Positions 28,633 to 42,500 are shown, counted from the first letter of the stretch. The stretch: DNA of 64,000 nt from Takakia lepidozioides (GCA_030704615.1 CM060734.1:434001-498000); one strand, 5' to 3'. Numbers and translations: made by a program. The notes: generated from the sequence alone by a model not told the origin.

Positions 28633-31600
28633 CTGTGCATAATGGGATGCACGAGATACAAATTACCACAAAGAAATCTAGTAGATTACCTGCTACAAGA
28701 AGACCTCGAGGAGTCAGAGAGTATGACTGGAAGGGAGGACTGGATGAGGAGCAGGAAGCTACCCTATTTGCTGCACACCCAGAATGGGAGCAGGTTGCAG
28801 AGATGCGGCTGGAAAGCCTAAGTTGTTTGAGAGGTATCTGCTGTGGTGTAGTGACAGCAACACCAACTGAAGAAGAAACCAGCATTTACCCATCACATTT
28901 CTATGAAGAAAGAGAAGGAGAAATAGAAATCCTAGAAGAACCAGCCACTGTGAGCTTACAGGATGAAGTGGTGACTGGTTGGACAATCACAGCTGATGAG
29001 CAGGTGAGAGAAGTAAATGTGGGAACTCAGGAGGAACCGAGGATGGTGAAAGTAGGAGCTGATTTGGAGCCGGAATTCTTCGAAGAAGCTAAAAGCTTGT
29101 TCATCAAATACAGAGATGTATTTGCTTGGAGCTATGAAGATCTAAAAGGGATACCACCTGAAGTCTGTCAGCATAAAATTGAACTGGAACCAGGGTCAGT
29201 ACCAATCAAGCAGGCGAGGTATAGAATGAATCCCAACTACGCACAGAAGGTTGGAGAAGAGATAAAGAAGTTGGCTGAGGCTAAGTTTATATACCCAATA
29301 GAGTATACAACTTGGTTGTCACCCATTGTTATAGTTCCCAAGAAGAATGGCAAACTAAGAGTATGTGTGAACTATAAGAAGCTGAATGCTTGTACGAAGA
29401 AAGATCATTTCCCTTTGCCATTCACAGAAGCAGTATTAGACACTGTGGCAGGCCATGAGATGTACTCATTCATGGATGGCTTCAGTGGTTATAATCAAGT
29501 GCAAGTGGCAGAAGAAGACCAAGGGAAAACAGCTTTCATCACAGACTGGGGGGCTTATGCATACAAAGTCATGCCCTTTGGCTTTGTAATGCACCAGCGA
29601 CCTTTCAGAGAGTGATAAGTGAATCTTTTCAAGAGTATCTGGATGATTTCATGCAGGTGTTTTTGGATGATTTCAGTGTGTACAGCTCTAAGAATGAGCA
29701 CTTGCATAAATTGGAGTTATGCCTGGCCAGATGCAGGATGAGAGGTCTGGGCTTGAACCCAGAGAAGTGTACTTTCTGTGTGAACTCAGGGGTGCTTCTG
29801 GGACACATTGTGTGTAAGAAGGGACTCCTTGTGGATCCCAGGAAGACAGAGTCCATTAAAGCCTCTCCACCACCAGTGAATGTTAAGAGTTTAAGGAGAT
29901 TCCTTGGGCAAACCAGTTATTACAGAAGATTTGTCAAAAGGTATGCACAAATAGCAGCACCATTGAGCAAGCTTCTGAAGAAAGATGCAGTGTTTGCATG
30001 GACAGCTGAATGTCAACAGGCGTTTGAGGAACTTACACTGTCAGTAACAACTACACCTGTGCTGATTAACCCTCACTGGCATGTAGTATTTCATGTTCAC
30101 TGCGATGCATCAGGAGAAGCGTTGGGAGCGGTGTTAGCCCAGAATGTTACAGGGAATATAGATTCACCTGTGTACTATGCTAGCCGGTTGATGAACAGTG
30201 CTGAGAGGAACTATAGCACAACGGAAAGAGAAGCATTGGCAATGATCTATGCAGTGAAGAAATTCAGGCATTACCTATTGGGAAGAAAGTTTATGTTTTA
30301 TGTGGATCACCAGGCTCTGATATATCTGGTGAACAAACCTTTGATAAGTGGAAGGATAGCGAGGTGGTTAATAATCTTGCATGAGTTTGAGTTCGAGGTT
30401 ATTTACAAGCCTGGCCGTTTGCATCTTGTGGCAGATCATTTGTCACGACTGACAACAGGAGAGGCCGCCACAGGAGTGGACGATCAGTTACCTGATGCGA
30501 GTTTATTTGTAATGGAGGTGCAAGGAAGTGCAGATGAATGGTTAGATTGGCAGTGGCCAATCAGATACTACCTTGCTCATGGTCAGTGCCCACCTAGTTA
30601 TGGTAAGGAGCAGAGGAAGAGAATTGCTATCAGAGCTTTACCTTATACTATGGTAGGAAGCAGAATGTATAAGTTAGGACCTGATGGAGTACTAAAACGA
30701 TGCTTGTACCACCATGAAGTAAATAAAGTCTTGGAGGAAGTTCATAAAGGAGTGGCTGGAGGTCATTTTGGAGAAGAGACTACCAGTAGAAAGATACTAC
30801 TCGCAGGATACTGGTGGCCTACTTTGTTCAAAGATGTACATGAGTATTGTCAGAAGTGTGATGAATGTCAGAGGCTAGGACCTTTGCAGAGATCTGGAAG
30901 AATGGCCTTGCATCCTACAATGCCTACGGAACCATTTCAGAAATGGGGACTAGACTTTGTTGGACCAATTAATCCACCATCCAAGAATACACAAAACAGG
31001 TACATAATTACAGCCACTGATTATACTACAAAGTGGGTGGAAGCTAAAGCTTTGAGGGACAACACAGCCAAGTCCACAGCAAGGTTCCTGTACGAGAACA
31101 TACTTACACGATTTGGATGTCCCTTAGAATTTATCAGTGATCAAGGAAGTCACTTCATGAATGAGACCATTGAGTTATTGACTAAAGAGTTTATGATTGT
31201 GCATAGAAAGAGTACAACATATTACCCACAGGGTAATGGACAGGCAGAGGCTACCAACAAAATACTATGTACTATCTTGGCTAAGATAGTCAATGCAAAC
31301 AGAACGGATTGGGATACAAAGCTGCTGACAGCTTTATGGTCATACAGGACTTCGTATAAAGTCACCACTAAAGTATACACCATTCCAATTAGTTTATGGT
31401 ATGGAAGCCTTACTTCCAGTGGAATTCATGTTACCTACCATGAGAACGGAGTGGGGAAAAAGAATGGAATTGCAAGACTCCATCAAGGTCAGGAAACATG
31501 AATTATACCATGTGGAAGAAGTACGTGCTGATGCAGCGGATAATATGACCAGAATTCAGATGAAGCGAAAGGAACAGTTTGATGAAGGCAAATTAAAGAC

Positions 31601-31796
31601 TTTTAAGACGGGGGATTTGGTTCTATGGTTGCAGAAGAAAGGAAAGATTCAAGCTTCTAAGCTTAAATCACCATGGAAAGGACCTTATGTCATACAAAAG
31701 ATGTATGATAACAACACAGCCATGTTACAAACCATTAACAAGAAATGCTGGGAAGAGTCAATGCAAATAAGTTGAAGGGTACAGTGGTATCCATGA
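28584..31796 (+). CDS. pol: Pol: RT, RNase H and integrase (single-base frameshifts near 28600, 29580, 31375, 31740)
   Basis: KDHFPLPF, DGFSGYNQ, MPFG, VFLDDF; HCDASG...VADHLSRL; HKGVAGGHFG...CQKCDECQ; WGLDF, SDQGSHF, GQAEATN; WKGPY; no chromodomain and no second RNase H. Confidence 0.95.
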
Positions 31797-31924
31797 CAAA
31801 ACCCTGCAGCATGATTTGCATGTTGAACCGCAAGAGCAGTCACGGGCTGCTGCACCAGTATTACGAACGAGTATGGAACACTTGTCGCTAGGCCCAGTAT
31901 ATATGACCGGGGTGGGCAAAACAA

Positions 31925-32230
31925 ACGTGACACAGCCTATCACAGCCCATCACGGCGTGACACAGCCTCACAGCCCATCACGGCGTGACACAGCCTATCA
32001 CAGCCCAAACACGGCGTCTCATACAGCCTATCACAGCCCTCCGGCGTGACAAGCCTATTAACAGCCCAGCACGCTGACACAAGCCTATCACAGCCCGTCA
32101 CGACGTGACACACCTATCACAACCTACCGCAGCGTGTCACAGCCTATCACAGCTTCCACAGGGCCAACACAGCCTATCACAGCGTAACACAGTTATGACA
32201 CAGCCTGTCACAGCTCAACACAGCCTACTA
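31925..32230 (+). repeat. Internal minisatellite (GTGACACAGCCTATCACAGCCC-like) related to the LTR minisatellite
   Basis: Visible repeats sharing the ACACAGCC/TCACAGCCC core. Confidence 0.88.
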
Positions 32231-32695
32231 AAGTTACACGATCCATAGAATCAGTGACAGGTGGACACAATAAAAACTTCAGGAAAATGGCTGAAGGAGA
32301 AGAAGAAACGGAAATTAATTTAAAAAATAGACACGTGGAGGTCAGGGGTGCGACACACAGCAGAGAATGAAGTGCAAGGACATGGTGTCAAAAAGAAAGA
32401 GGACAAGAACGGCCGTCAAAAGGGATGAAAGGCGGGCCCATTAATGAATACGGAAAAAGGGAAACAGAACGAACGGCAAGTACAGAAAACTGAATTCATG
32501 TCGCATGTGTGATCCTAGTGGACTATCCAACAGGGAAAGTCCACAAGAGATAAAAGTTAAAATCCAGTCACAGCGGATCATGCCCAATTCAAGAAAACCC
32601 GGGAAAAGAAATCGTTCAAGGAAAAGGGACGGGAAATTAAGCGCAGAGAAGGGGAAAGACTGTAGTGGCGGATCCACTGGCTTCACGGATTCCGC

Positions 32696-35457
32696 ATGAT
32701 AATGTTTCCCAAGCTCATGACCAGGGAGGGGCACAGCAGCAGCACAAAAGAATGTTATTACTGGAAGCAGGACCTTCAGAGAGGGAGGAAGAAGTTACTT
32801 CTGCATGCACCAACCACACAGCCACTTGAACGACTTGTCACAAGGTCACAAGTTATCCATGCAGCTCAACCCGAAATAATTGATTTGGAAAGTGAAGGGA
32901 GATATTCCAACTACAGAACAGATAGTGGCAGAAATAGAGAAAGGGGACCTTCTCTATGAATATTCTGGTCTGGTCAAGCAGACAGAAATCCCAGAGGTGC
33001 AACAGTTGCCCAAGAGAAATCCTGAGGTACATATAATGCACACACACTGTGTCGGAGGTACCACAGGCGGAAGGCCATGACACTGTAGCACCGGTCATAA
33101 TGAAGTAGTTCAGGAAGAAAATCCGGTGGGACAATGGTCTGAATGGTTAGTGAGACATCATACTGTTGAAGATCGGGAGGAACAGCAGCAACCTCACCAT
33201 GATGACCCTCAACAGGCAATGCTGATGAGTTCCATAGGCAGGACACTTAATTTGTTGGGGACTTATGTCAAAACCCATGTTCCAATTACCCAATTGACAG
33301 CCTTGAAAGAAGAACTCAGGAAGGAGTTTGAGGCTCGACTTGCCACTGAGTGTGCAAACAAGGTCGATGAAGAGGTCACTCTCAAGATGAAGCAGGACTT
33401 GGCCAATACAGAAATGGCTTTGCAATTGGCCAAGCAACAATTGATTGAGGCAGGCCTCGCGCAAGACCAGTTGCACGAAGCACATAAGCAACAGCTATAC
33501 AAATGCAGGTGCAGCATGAAAGCAAGTTGCAAGAACTGAATGCACTACATACGGAGTTGCAGACAGTGCATAACAGGATGGCGATACAATGCGCTACATT
33601 TACAACTATGCTTGACCAATCACAACAAAAGAATAAACAGTCAAGCGGAAAAATGTACGAAGGCAGAAGAAGAGAATGTGAGCACATGAAGCTCATTGTC
33701 GATATGAAGAATACAATCTGTCGCAATGAAGATACTTTCAAGCAATACAGGCAGATGGAAGCTGAGAATGAGAAATACATCGTGGAGTTGCAACAAACCA
33801 TCGTGGCCAATAGAAATGAAATCGCGGTCAGTAACAAGGCTTCGAAGAAGCCAATAATCTACTTGCTGCCTATGCGCAATTGGTTGAGCCACAGGCGAAG
33901 CGCATGGAGGCTTTACAACAGCAGTTGGAATTGTACAAGCTAAGAGAGGAGCAAACTCTCAGGGGAACCACAAGCAGCTTGGTGGATAACAGCCTTATGC
34001 AGGTCTGGTTAGCACAAGGGCCAGTAGAGGGCAAAAGCCCACGGAAGCTCACCCAAAGCGAGATGAATGAGCTCAGACTGCAGGTGCAGAACATTGCCAC
34101 AACTACTATAGACAATGTCTATAGTAGGATAGCAGAGTTACAAGAGGATGTAGACGGACTCCAGACTCAAGTGGAAGACCTCACTTCAAACATCGACCAA
34201 AGAGTCTATATCCCTCAGGAACAGCTAATGGCTTCTTATTTGCAAGCCAGAACTCTGGCTTTTCAGTCTTCACAGGAGGTGCAGGAGATGCCAATGGTAC
34301 AGGAACCAGTACCACCACCACCACAACAGGTCAGTGTACCAGTAGCTGAACCTGTGGTTACTACAACCACACCACAGCCACCACAGCCGAGGTATGGGGC
34401 AATGCAGCTTTTAACCCACCTAAAAAACTCCAGCTCCAGGGAGTACAGTAGGGCTATGATTATGCCCTTCAACCAAATTCCCATCATGTTGGATTTGGCT
34501 TGGAAAGAATTTAGTCCTCCGCAGTCATTCGCACATTACTACCAAATCATGCGTATTTGGCTGCCAGTGGCAACCAGGACTAAAGTTCTTCCAAACAATC
34601 GACATATTGAAGATCATCACTTTGCACAATACTGGCACGAGGCAGGTACCATGTTGAGGGAATTGGTTGCTTTCCAGGTTGTACATGGACTCATTTATAC
34701 CAAGACCAAGGAGATAGCAAGTATTGTCATGGGGTGCGGGCTATACTACGCTGCTTGTTTTCTGATACGTTACCACATTGAGCAACAAAAGATGCAAGCA
34801 CGCTTTCAAAGTTACTCCAGTGGAGATCATTGGGTATTACCTTCGTGCCACCTCATATGTACCTATATGACCCAAAAGTTATGATACAAAAGGATTCTCA
34901 AATTCGTTCATGGTTTCAAGCAGCCTGCAACAATTTGTCAACACAGAAATTCGGACTTGATGACATTTTCTATAAGGGACATATCGCATGGAAATACTTG
35001 CACGCTGCACCAGTAATTGGTACCCCACTCATCTGGACAGACAAGGAGCTCAGTGTCTACACCAATTTTTGCTGTTCAAACGGTTACACCAGGTTGTAAA
35101 ATGCAAACTTCCAGACATGGTAGGACAGCATTGTATGCCCCAGATGATTCCACAAAAGTTCGAAAATTAAAACACCTGAGAGGCGATGAGGATTCTGATA
35201 CAACTGTTTCTTCACAAAATTCTTTTGACATGGGAGAAGACTATGCAATTCAGATGGAAGAGAAGAAACAAAGGGGATCTCCTATGCCGGAAAGATTACC
35301 TCGATATCAGCCTCCAGAAGGCCTCACTTATCCAGGTAGTGATCAACCATCTCCATCAACCAGAGACAGACCTCGGGCTCGTACACACAGCCCACCACGA
35401 AACTCTCAACGTCAACAAGGTGCTCACTCACAAAGGGTTGCTACTCGGAAACAGTAA
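32696..35457 (+). CDS. 3' accessory ORF (sense strand, ~900 aa if frameshifts are repaired): coiled coil, Pro-rich linker, unrecognised domain, disordered tail
   Basis: Overlapping ORFs 32696/32880/33126/33503/33880/34830/35017 ending ~20 bp before the PPT; homologous to 57285-59208(-). Confidence 0.75.
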
Positions 35458-35477
35458 ACCGTGAGGACACGGCTTTT

Positions 35478-35491
35478 GAGGGGGGAAGGGG
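35478..35491 (+). promoter_or_regulatory. Polypurine tract
   Basis: Pure-purine run gagggggg-aagggg, 3 nt before the 3' LTR. Confidence 0.9.
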
Positions 35492-35494
35492 TAA

Positions 35495-36597
35495 TGTTAG
35501 AGGACTGTAGGGGACTTAGACACTTATACGGGATCTGTAGGGTACCCTTAATTTTTGCACAGACTGAGACAACAGGAACCTTAGGGGTGACAGCAGCGCA
35601 CTGTAGAGGGGTTACATAGCCACACAGCCGACACAGTCAGTCACAGCCCACACAGCCAACACAGCCCGTCACAGTCGTCACAACCCACACAGCCAACACA
35701 GCCCGTCACAGTCGTCACAACACAGCCCACAGCCTCACAGTCCGTCACAGCCCACACAGCCACACAACACACAGCGTCACAGTCGTCACACCACCCACAG
35801 CCGACACAGCCCACACAGCACACACCCACACAGCCCAGTCGTCACAGCCACACACCAGCCCACACAACCCGTCACAGTCGTCACAGCAGACACAGCCCAC
35901 ACAGCAGTCACAGTCCCTGCACAGCCACACAGCCATCACAGCCCGACCAAGCCAAAGCAGCCAGTCACCGCTTGCACAGCTGTCACGATAATAGGGAACG
36001 AAGAGTAGGACAGGGAACGACTGTGGGGAACAACACCAGTGAAGGGAACATGTTAGTTCACATACGACGGTTAGAGAGGGAAACGTTTAGAACCGCGGAT
36101 AGGAGGATAAAGGGAAGAACGGGGAAATGAAGGGGTCATTATTTCGGGGAGGACTTCGGAGACAGGCGGGAGCGGAGATCGAGAGCACGATGAAGGAGGA
36201 AGAGGATTAGTAGATGCTTGTCATATGCAAAGCTAGAGTGATATTGTAGAGCAGATTAGAGACATAATGGCTTCGGCCTGATACTGATAAATCATAATCT
36301 GATACTTATACGATACAATCACACTGTGTAGAGAGATCTGAGTGAAGCTGTGGATTGAATGGAGGAGTTAAGGAAAACCGATAAATTGATGAAGCAACTG
36401 ATACTTAATTATCAATGGTAAGGTAGCTAAGATGAATGCGGAAAAGGAAACAAATAGGAAACACCCCCATGATACACTAGCTGTAGGTCATGACTGATTG
36501 TTCTGCGCGGGCTGAGTACTTAGAGATTTCCAACTCTTCTATCTTGGAGTTTCCGCCTCGGATAGCGAAGGGATGGGTGAGTAAAAGCCCGCGAACA
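35495..36597 (+). repeat. 3' LTR (~1100 bp)
   Basis: Direct repeat of 24122-25196, mostly with small indels. Confidence 0.96.
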
Positions 36598-39500
36598 CCT
36601 ACCATTGAAATTACAATCACCAGCCCCCCAGATCTAAAAACAGATCATGGGCAAAAACATGGTGTCAATAGTGACTTGATGTGTCAAATAGGCAGCTGAT
36701 TACACCCCGTTTGTATAGCTGCCAAATTTCAGTCCGTAACCCTGCTTTGGTGATGTTCTCTATGTAAAGAAATGCTCTTATTTTGTTCTCCCCCTTCTAC
36801 GATCATAAATGGCTTCTTTAAGACCAACAGAACATTTCCAGCCACATGAACAGTGATCACTGGATCTTTATTTGGACATGGATACTTACTGCTCAGTCAC
36901 TTTGTGTATGTCCAATGATACAAGAACCAAACTATACTAGTTCTTGCCAACAATAAATTAGGATGGTTGGTTATGCCTTGGTATGTAAGCTGACCAAAAA
37001 TACAGACCGAATGACATGGCATGTCATGAATGGCACTTTTTAGCGCTGAACAACGGTTTCCTGCTATGAACAGTGGTAATTGAGTCTCTAATTTTTCCCA
37101 CCCAGAGACTTCATTGACTTTGAAGTCTGGGATTTGTCATAAAGCTGACTTGTGAATGAAGAATGGTTGATAATGAGGCTGATTCGTCGTTAATTTTACA
37201 ATGACCTTGTCAGGTCTTTGTCCATGTCTCGACGAGACATAAGCATCTTCCCTCTCTGATTTAGACCAGTGTACTTGGTGGTTCTTGTACACATTATCAA
37301 CCAATCTCCCTTCTGTTTTCAGTTTTATGTTTGATTATACTAACACCTTGGTCTGAGCATGACAAAATTATCAATATATGTTCCTGATCGAAGTGTGAAC
37401 ACCCAAGGCAATGGGAAGGCCAAAGCCATGAGATATCAGCCTCCTCTCCCGCCATGACCATGGTGTGGAGCACGCAAGTCCTTCATAAGGTAAGATCTTC
37501 TCCAGCAAAAATATGTTGGCTAATTGGTCATGGAGAGTAAGGCATCCTTGAAGGTACCTGAGATAAGCATAGAACATCTATAGGGCTTCTGAATGCTGAA
37601 ATTTTGAGCTAGGCCTTGGTAAGACAGCTTGCTGGAGTAGACGTGTACACCTCATACATGTCCGGTCAATGCACATTACTCTTGTTTGCCGGTCCCCTGT
37701 AGCCGATGCCTTATGTCAGATTTAGATACCTCATGATAGAATGAGTTCCATTTCTTTGGCTCAAATGTTTCCATGTTTCTCCTTTATGGCTTTGCTCTTT
37801 ATAGCACCATAAAAAAATACCCAATTATGATGTGCTGCTGGTAGATGTTTTGTCTGAATATAACCAGGCGGTAAAACCCCTGCCAGACTTCATCACCTAA
37901 GTCCCAATAACCTGCCCCCTTTGTTTTGTACACCCAAAACAAGGGTGGGTAAACACTAAAAGTCTGATATAAGATTTCCCGATTGTTACTTTATGACAAT
38001 CATTAGGGCGACTATCTCTTGTTCCCTATGGCATACTGATGTGACAATGGAGCAACGATATGACAAGCTGATGGCTTTAAAGAGATCTGGTAACATGCTA
38101 CAATGTAGGGCAGACCTGTTTTTCATGACCAGACAGTGTTCTTGAATGTACAAGCACTGGAAACTTAGCCTCTTTTAGAAGCTGGTTACTTAGGACACTT
38201 GATACCATGCCAAACTGATATGGATGGATCTTTCGTGGCCAAATCCGGTCCTTGGTTATATGCCCTCGAATGTTACCTATTTTCCTTTCCAAACGGTAAG
38301 ACATTGGTAGATGTGAAGAGAATGATTCGGCATTGTATTCAAGTTGCTTTAGGATAAATAGTACCAAAGTAACCTGCAGGCCCGATGGGATGAGCAATTC
38401 AGATTCTTTGTGTTTCCTATGGATGATTGCATGGCATGTAAATCTGATTACAGCCTGTTATGGTAATGATTTCCCTACCCCAGACATAGAACTTGGTCTT
38501 GGGGCATGGAATAAGAGGTGGGAATATTACTCTACCCTACCATTGAATTACACACCAGCCCCAGATCTAAAACAGATCATGGGGCAAAAACATGGTGTCA
38601 ATAAGTGACTTGATGTGCGAAATAGGGCAGCTGATTACACCCGTTGTATAAGCTGCCAAATATTCAGTCCGTAACCCTGCTTTGGTGATGTTCTCTATGT
38701 AAAGAAATGCTCTTATTTTGTTCTTACGCCTTCTACGATCATAAATGGCTTCTTTAAGACCAACAGACATTTCCAGCCATGAACAGTGATCAATGGATCT
38801 TTATTTGGACATGGATACTTACTGCTCAGTCACTTTGGTATGTCCAATGATACAAAGAACCCAAAACTATACTAGTTCTTGGGCCAACAATAAATTAGGA
38901 TGGTTGTTTATGCCTTGGTATGTAAGCTGACCAAAAAATACAGACCGAATGACATGGCATGTCATGAATGGCACTTTTTAGCATGCTGAACAACGGTTTT
39001 CCTGCTATGAACAGTGGTAATCGAGTCTCTAATTTTTCCCACCCAGAGACTTCATTGACTTTGAAGTCTGGGATTTGTCATAAAGCTGACTTGTGAATGA
39101 AGAATGGTTGATAATGAGGCTGATTCGTCGTTAATTTTACAATGACCTTGTCAGGTCTTGGTCCATGTCTGTCGCGACGAGACCTAAGCTCTCCCTCTCT
39201 GATTTAGACCAGTGTACTTGGTGGTTCTTGTACACATTATCAACCAATCTCCCTTCTGTTTTCAGTTTTATGTTTGATTTACTAACACCTTGGTCTGAGC
39301 ATGACAAAAGGTTATCAATATATGTTCCTGATCGAAGTGATGAACCAAGGCAATGGGAAGGCCAAAGCCATGAGATATCAGCCTCCTCTCCCGCCATGAC
39401 CATGGTGTGGAGCACGCAAGTCCTTCATAAGGTAAGATCTTCTCCAGCAAAAATATGTTTTGGCTAATTGGTCATGGAGAGTAAGGCCTCCTTGAAGGTA

Positions 39501-42500
39501 CCTGAGATAAGCATAGAACATCTATAGGGCTTCTGAATGCTGAAATTTTGAGCTGGGCCTTGGTAAGACAGCTTGCTGGAGTAGACGTGTACACCTTATA
39601 CATGATCCGGTCAATGCACATTACTCTTGTTTGCCGGTCCCCTGTAGCCGATGCTTATGTCAGATTTAGATACCACCTCATGATAAGAATGAGTTCCATT
39701 TCTTTGGCTCAAATGTTTCCATGTTTCCTCCTGGTTATGGCTTTGCTCTTTATAGCACCATAAAAAAAATACCCAATTATGATGTGCTGCTGTAGATGTT
39801 TTGTCTGAATATACCAGGCGGTAAAACCCCTGCCAGAACTTCATCACCTAAGTCCCATACCTGCCCTTTGGTTTTGTACACCCAAAACAAGGGTGGGTAA
39901 ACACTAAAAGTCTGATATAGATTTCCCGATTGTTACTTTATGACAATCATTAGGCGACTATCTCTTGTCCCTATGGCATACTGATGTGACAATTGCGCAA
40001 CGATATGACAAGCTGATGGCTTTACAGAGATCTGGTAACATGCTACAATGTAGGGCTATGAACAGTGGTAATCGAGTCTCTAATTTTTCCCACCCAGAGA
40101 CTTCATTGACTTTGAAGTCTGGGATTTGTCATAAAGCTGACTGTGAATGAAGAATGGTTGATAATGAGGCTGATTCGTCGTTAATTTTACAATGACCTTG
40201 TCAGGTCTTGGTCCATGTCTGTCGACGAGACATAAGCTCTCCCTCTCTGATTTAGACCAGTGTACTTGGTGGTTCTTGTACACATTATCAACCAATCTCC
40301 CTTCTGTTTTCAGTTTTATGTTTGATTTACTAACACCTTGGTCTGAGCATGACAAAAGGTTATCAATATATGTTCCTGATCGAAGTGATGAACCAAGGCA
40401 ATGGGAAGGCCAAAGCCATGAGATATCAGCCTCCTCTCCCGCCATGACCATGGTGTGGAGCACGCAAGTCCTTCATAAGGTAAGATCTTCTCCAGCAAAA
40501 ATATGTTTTGGCTAATTGGTCATGGAGAGTAAGGCATCCTTGAAGGTACCTGAGATAAGCATAGAACATCTATAGGGCTTCTGAATGCTGAAATTTTGAG
40601 CTGGCCCTTGGTAAGACAGCTTGCTGGAGTAGACGTGTACACCTTATACATGATCCGGTCAATGCACATTACTCTTGTTTGCCGGTCCCCTGTAGCCGAT
40701 GCTTATGTCAGATTTAGATACCACCTCATGATAAGAATGAGTTCCATTTCTTTGGCTCAAATGTTTCCATGTTTCCTCCTGGTTATGGCTTTGCTCTTTA
40801 TAGCACCATAAAAAAAATACCCAATTATGATGTGCTGCTGGTAGATGTTTTGTCTGAATATACCAGGCGGTAAAACCCCTGCCAGGACTTCATCACCTAA
40901 GTCCCATACCTGCCCTTTGGTTTTGTACACCCAAAAGCAAGGGTGGGTAAACACTAAAAGTCTGATATAAGATTTCCCGATTGTTACTTTATGACAATCA
41001 TTAGGGCGACTATCTCTTGTCCCTATGGCATACTGATGTGACAATTGAGCAACGATATGACAAGCTGATGGCTTTAAAGAGATCTGGTAACATGCTACAA
41101 TGTAGGGCAGACCTGTTTCATGACCAGACATGTTCTTGAATGTACAAGCACTGGAAACTTAGCCTCTTTAGAAGCTGGTTTATTACTTAGGACACTTGAA
41201 TACCATGCCAAACTGATATGGATGGATCTTTCGTGGCCAAACAATCGGTCCTTGGTTATAGCCCTCGAATGTTTACCTATTTTCCAAAACGGTAAGACAT
41301 TGGTAGATTGAAGAGAATGATTCGGCTTGTCTTCAAGTTGCTTTAGGATAAATAGTACCAAAGTAACCTGCATGCCCGATGGGATGAGCAATTCAGATTC
41401 TTTGTGTTTCCTATGGATGATTGCATGGATGTAAATCTGATTACAGCCTGTCATGGTAATGATTTCCCTACCCCAGACATAGAACTTGGTCTTTGGGCAT
41501 GGAATAAGAGGTGGGAATATTTACTATACCCTACCATTGAAATTACACACCAGCCCCAGATCTAAAACAGATCATGGTGCCAAAACCATGGTGTCAATAA
41601 GTGACTTGATGTGCGAAATAGGGCAGCTGATTACACCCCGTTGTATAAGCTGCCATTGGTGATGTTCTCTATGTAAAGAAATGCTCTTATTTTGTTCTTA
41701 CGCCTTCTACGATCATAAATGGCTTCTTTAAGACCAACAGACATTTCCAGCCATGAACAGTGATCAATGGATCTTTATTTGGACATGGATACTTACTGCT
41801 CAGTCACTTTGGTATGTCCAATGATACAAAGAACCCAAAACTATACTAGTTCTTGGGCAACAATAAATTAGGATGGTTGGTTATGCCTTGGTATGTAAGC
41901 TGACCAAAAAATACAGACCGAATGACATGGCATGTCATGAATGGCACTTTTTAGCATGCTGAACAACGGTTTCCTGCTATGAACAGTGGTAATCGAGTCT
42001 CTAATTTTTCCCACCCAGAGACTTCATTGACTTTGAAGTCTGGGATTTGTCATAAAGCTGACTTGTGAATGAAGAATGGTTGATAATGAGGCTGATTCGT
42101 CGTTAATTTTACAATGACCTTGTCAGGTCTTTGTCCATGTCTCGACGAGACATAAGTATCTTCCCTCTCTGATTTAGACCAGTGTACTTGGTGGTTCTTG
42201 TACACATTATCAACCAATCTCCCTTCTGTTTTCAGTTTATATGTTTGATTTACTAACACCTTGGTCTGAGCATGACAAAAGGTTATCCAATATATGTTCC
42301 TGATCGAAGTGATGAACCAAGGCAATGGGAAGGCCAAAGCCATGAGAGATATCAGCCTCCTCTCCCGCCATGACCCATGGTGTGGAGCACGCAAGTCCTT
42401 CATAAGGTAAGATCTTCTCCAGCAAAAAATATGTTGGCTAATTGGTCATGGAGAGTAAGGCATCCTTGAAGGTACCTGAGATAAGCATAGAACATCTATA

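Larger units (their letters stand above)
24122..36597 (+). mobile_element. Full-length non-chromoviral (Athila-like) Ty3/Gypsy LTR retrotransposon, ~12.5 kb
   Basis: Paired LTRs TGTTAG...CA, PBS, gag-PR-RT-RH-INT, PPT; 5-bp TSD CCTGC (24117-24121) / CCTAC (36598-36602) at the satellite site ctctacCCTACcattg. Confidence 0.96.

Noticed and set aside
26980-31760. Programmed ribosomal frameshifts in gag-pol
   Set aside because: There are many shifts, some inside conserved motifs (e.g. MPFGL), and nearby DNA is indel-noisy; sequencing error or decay is more likely
35641-35939. Cys-rich metallothionein-like ORFs (also 24108-24329)
   Set aside because: Antisense translation of the LTR minisatellite
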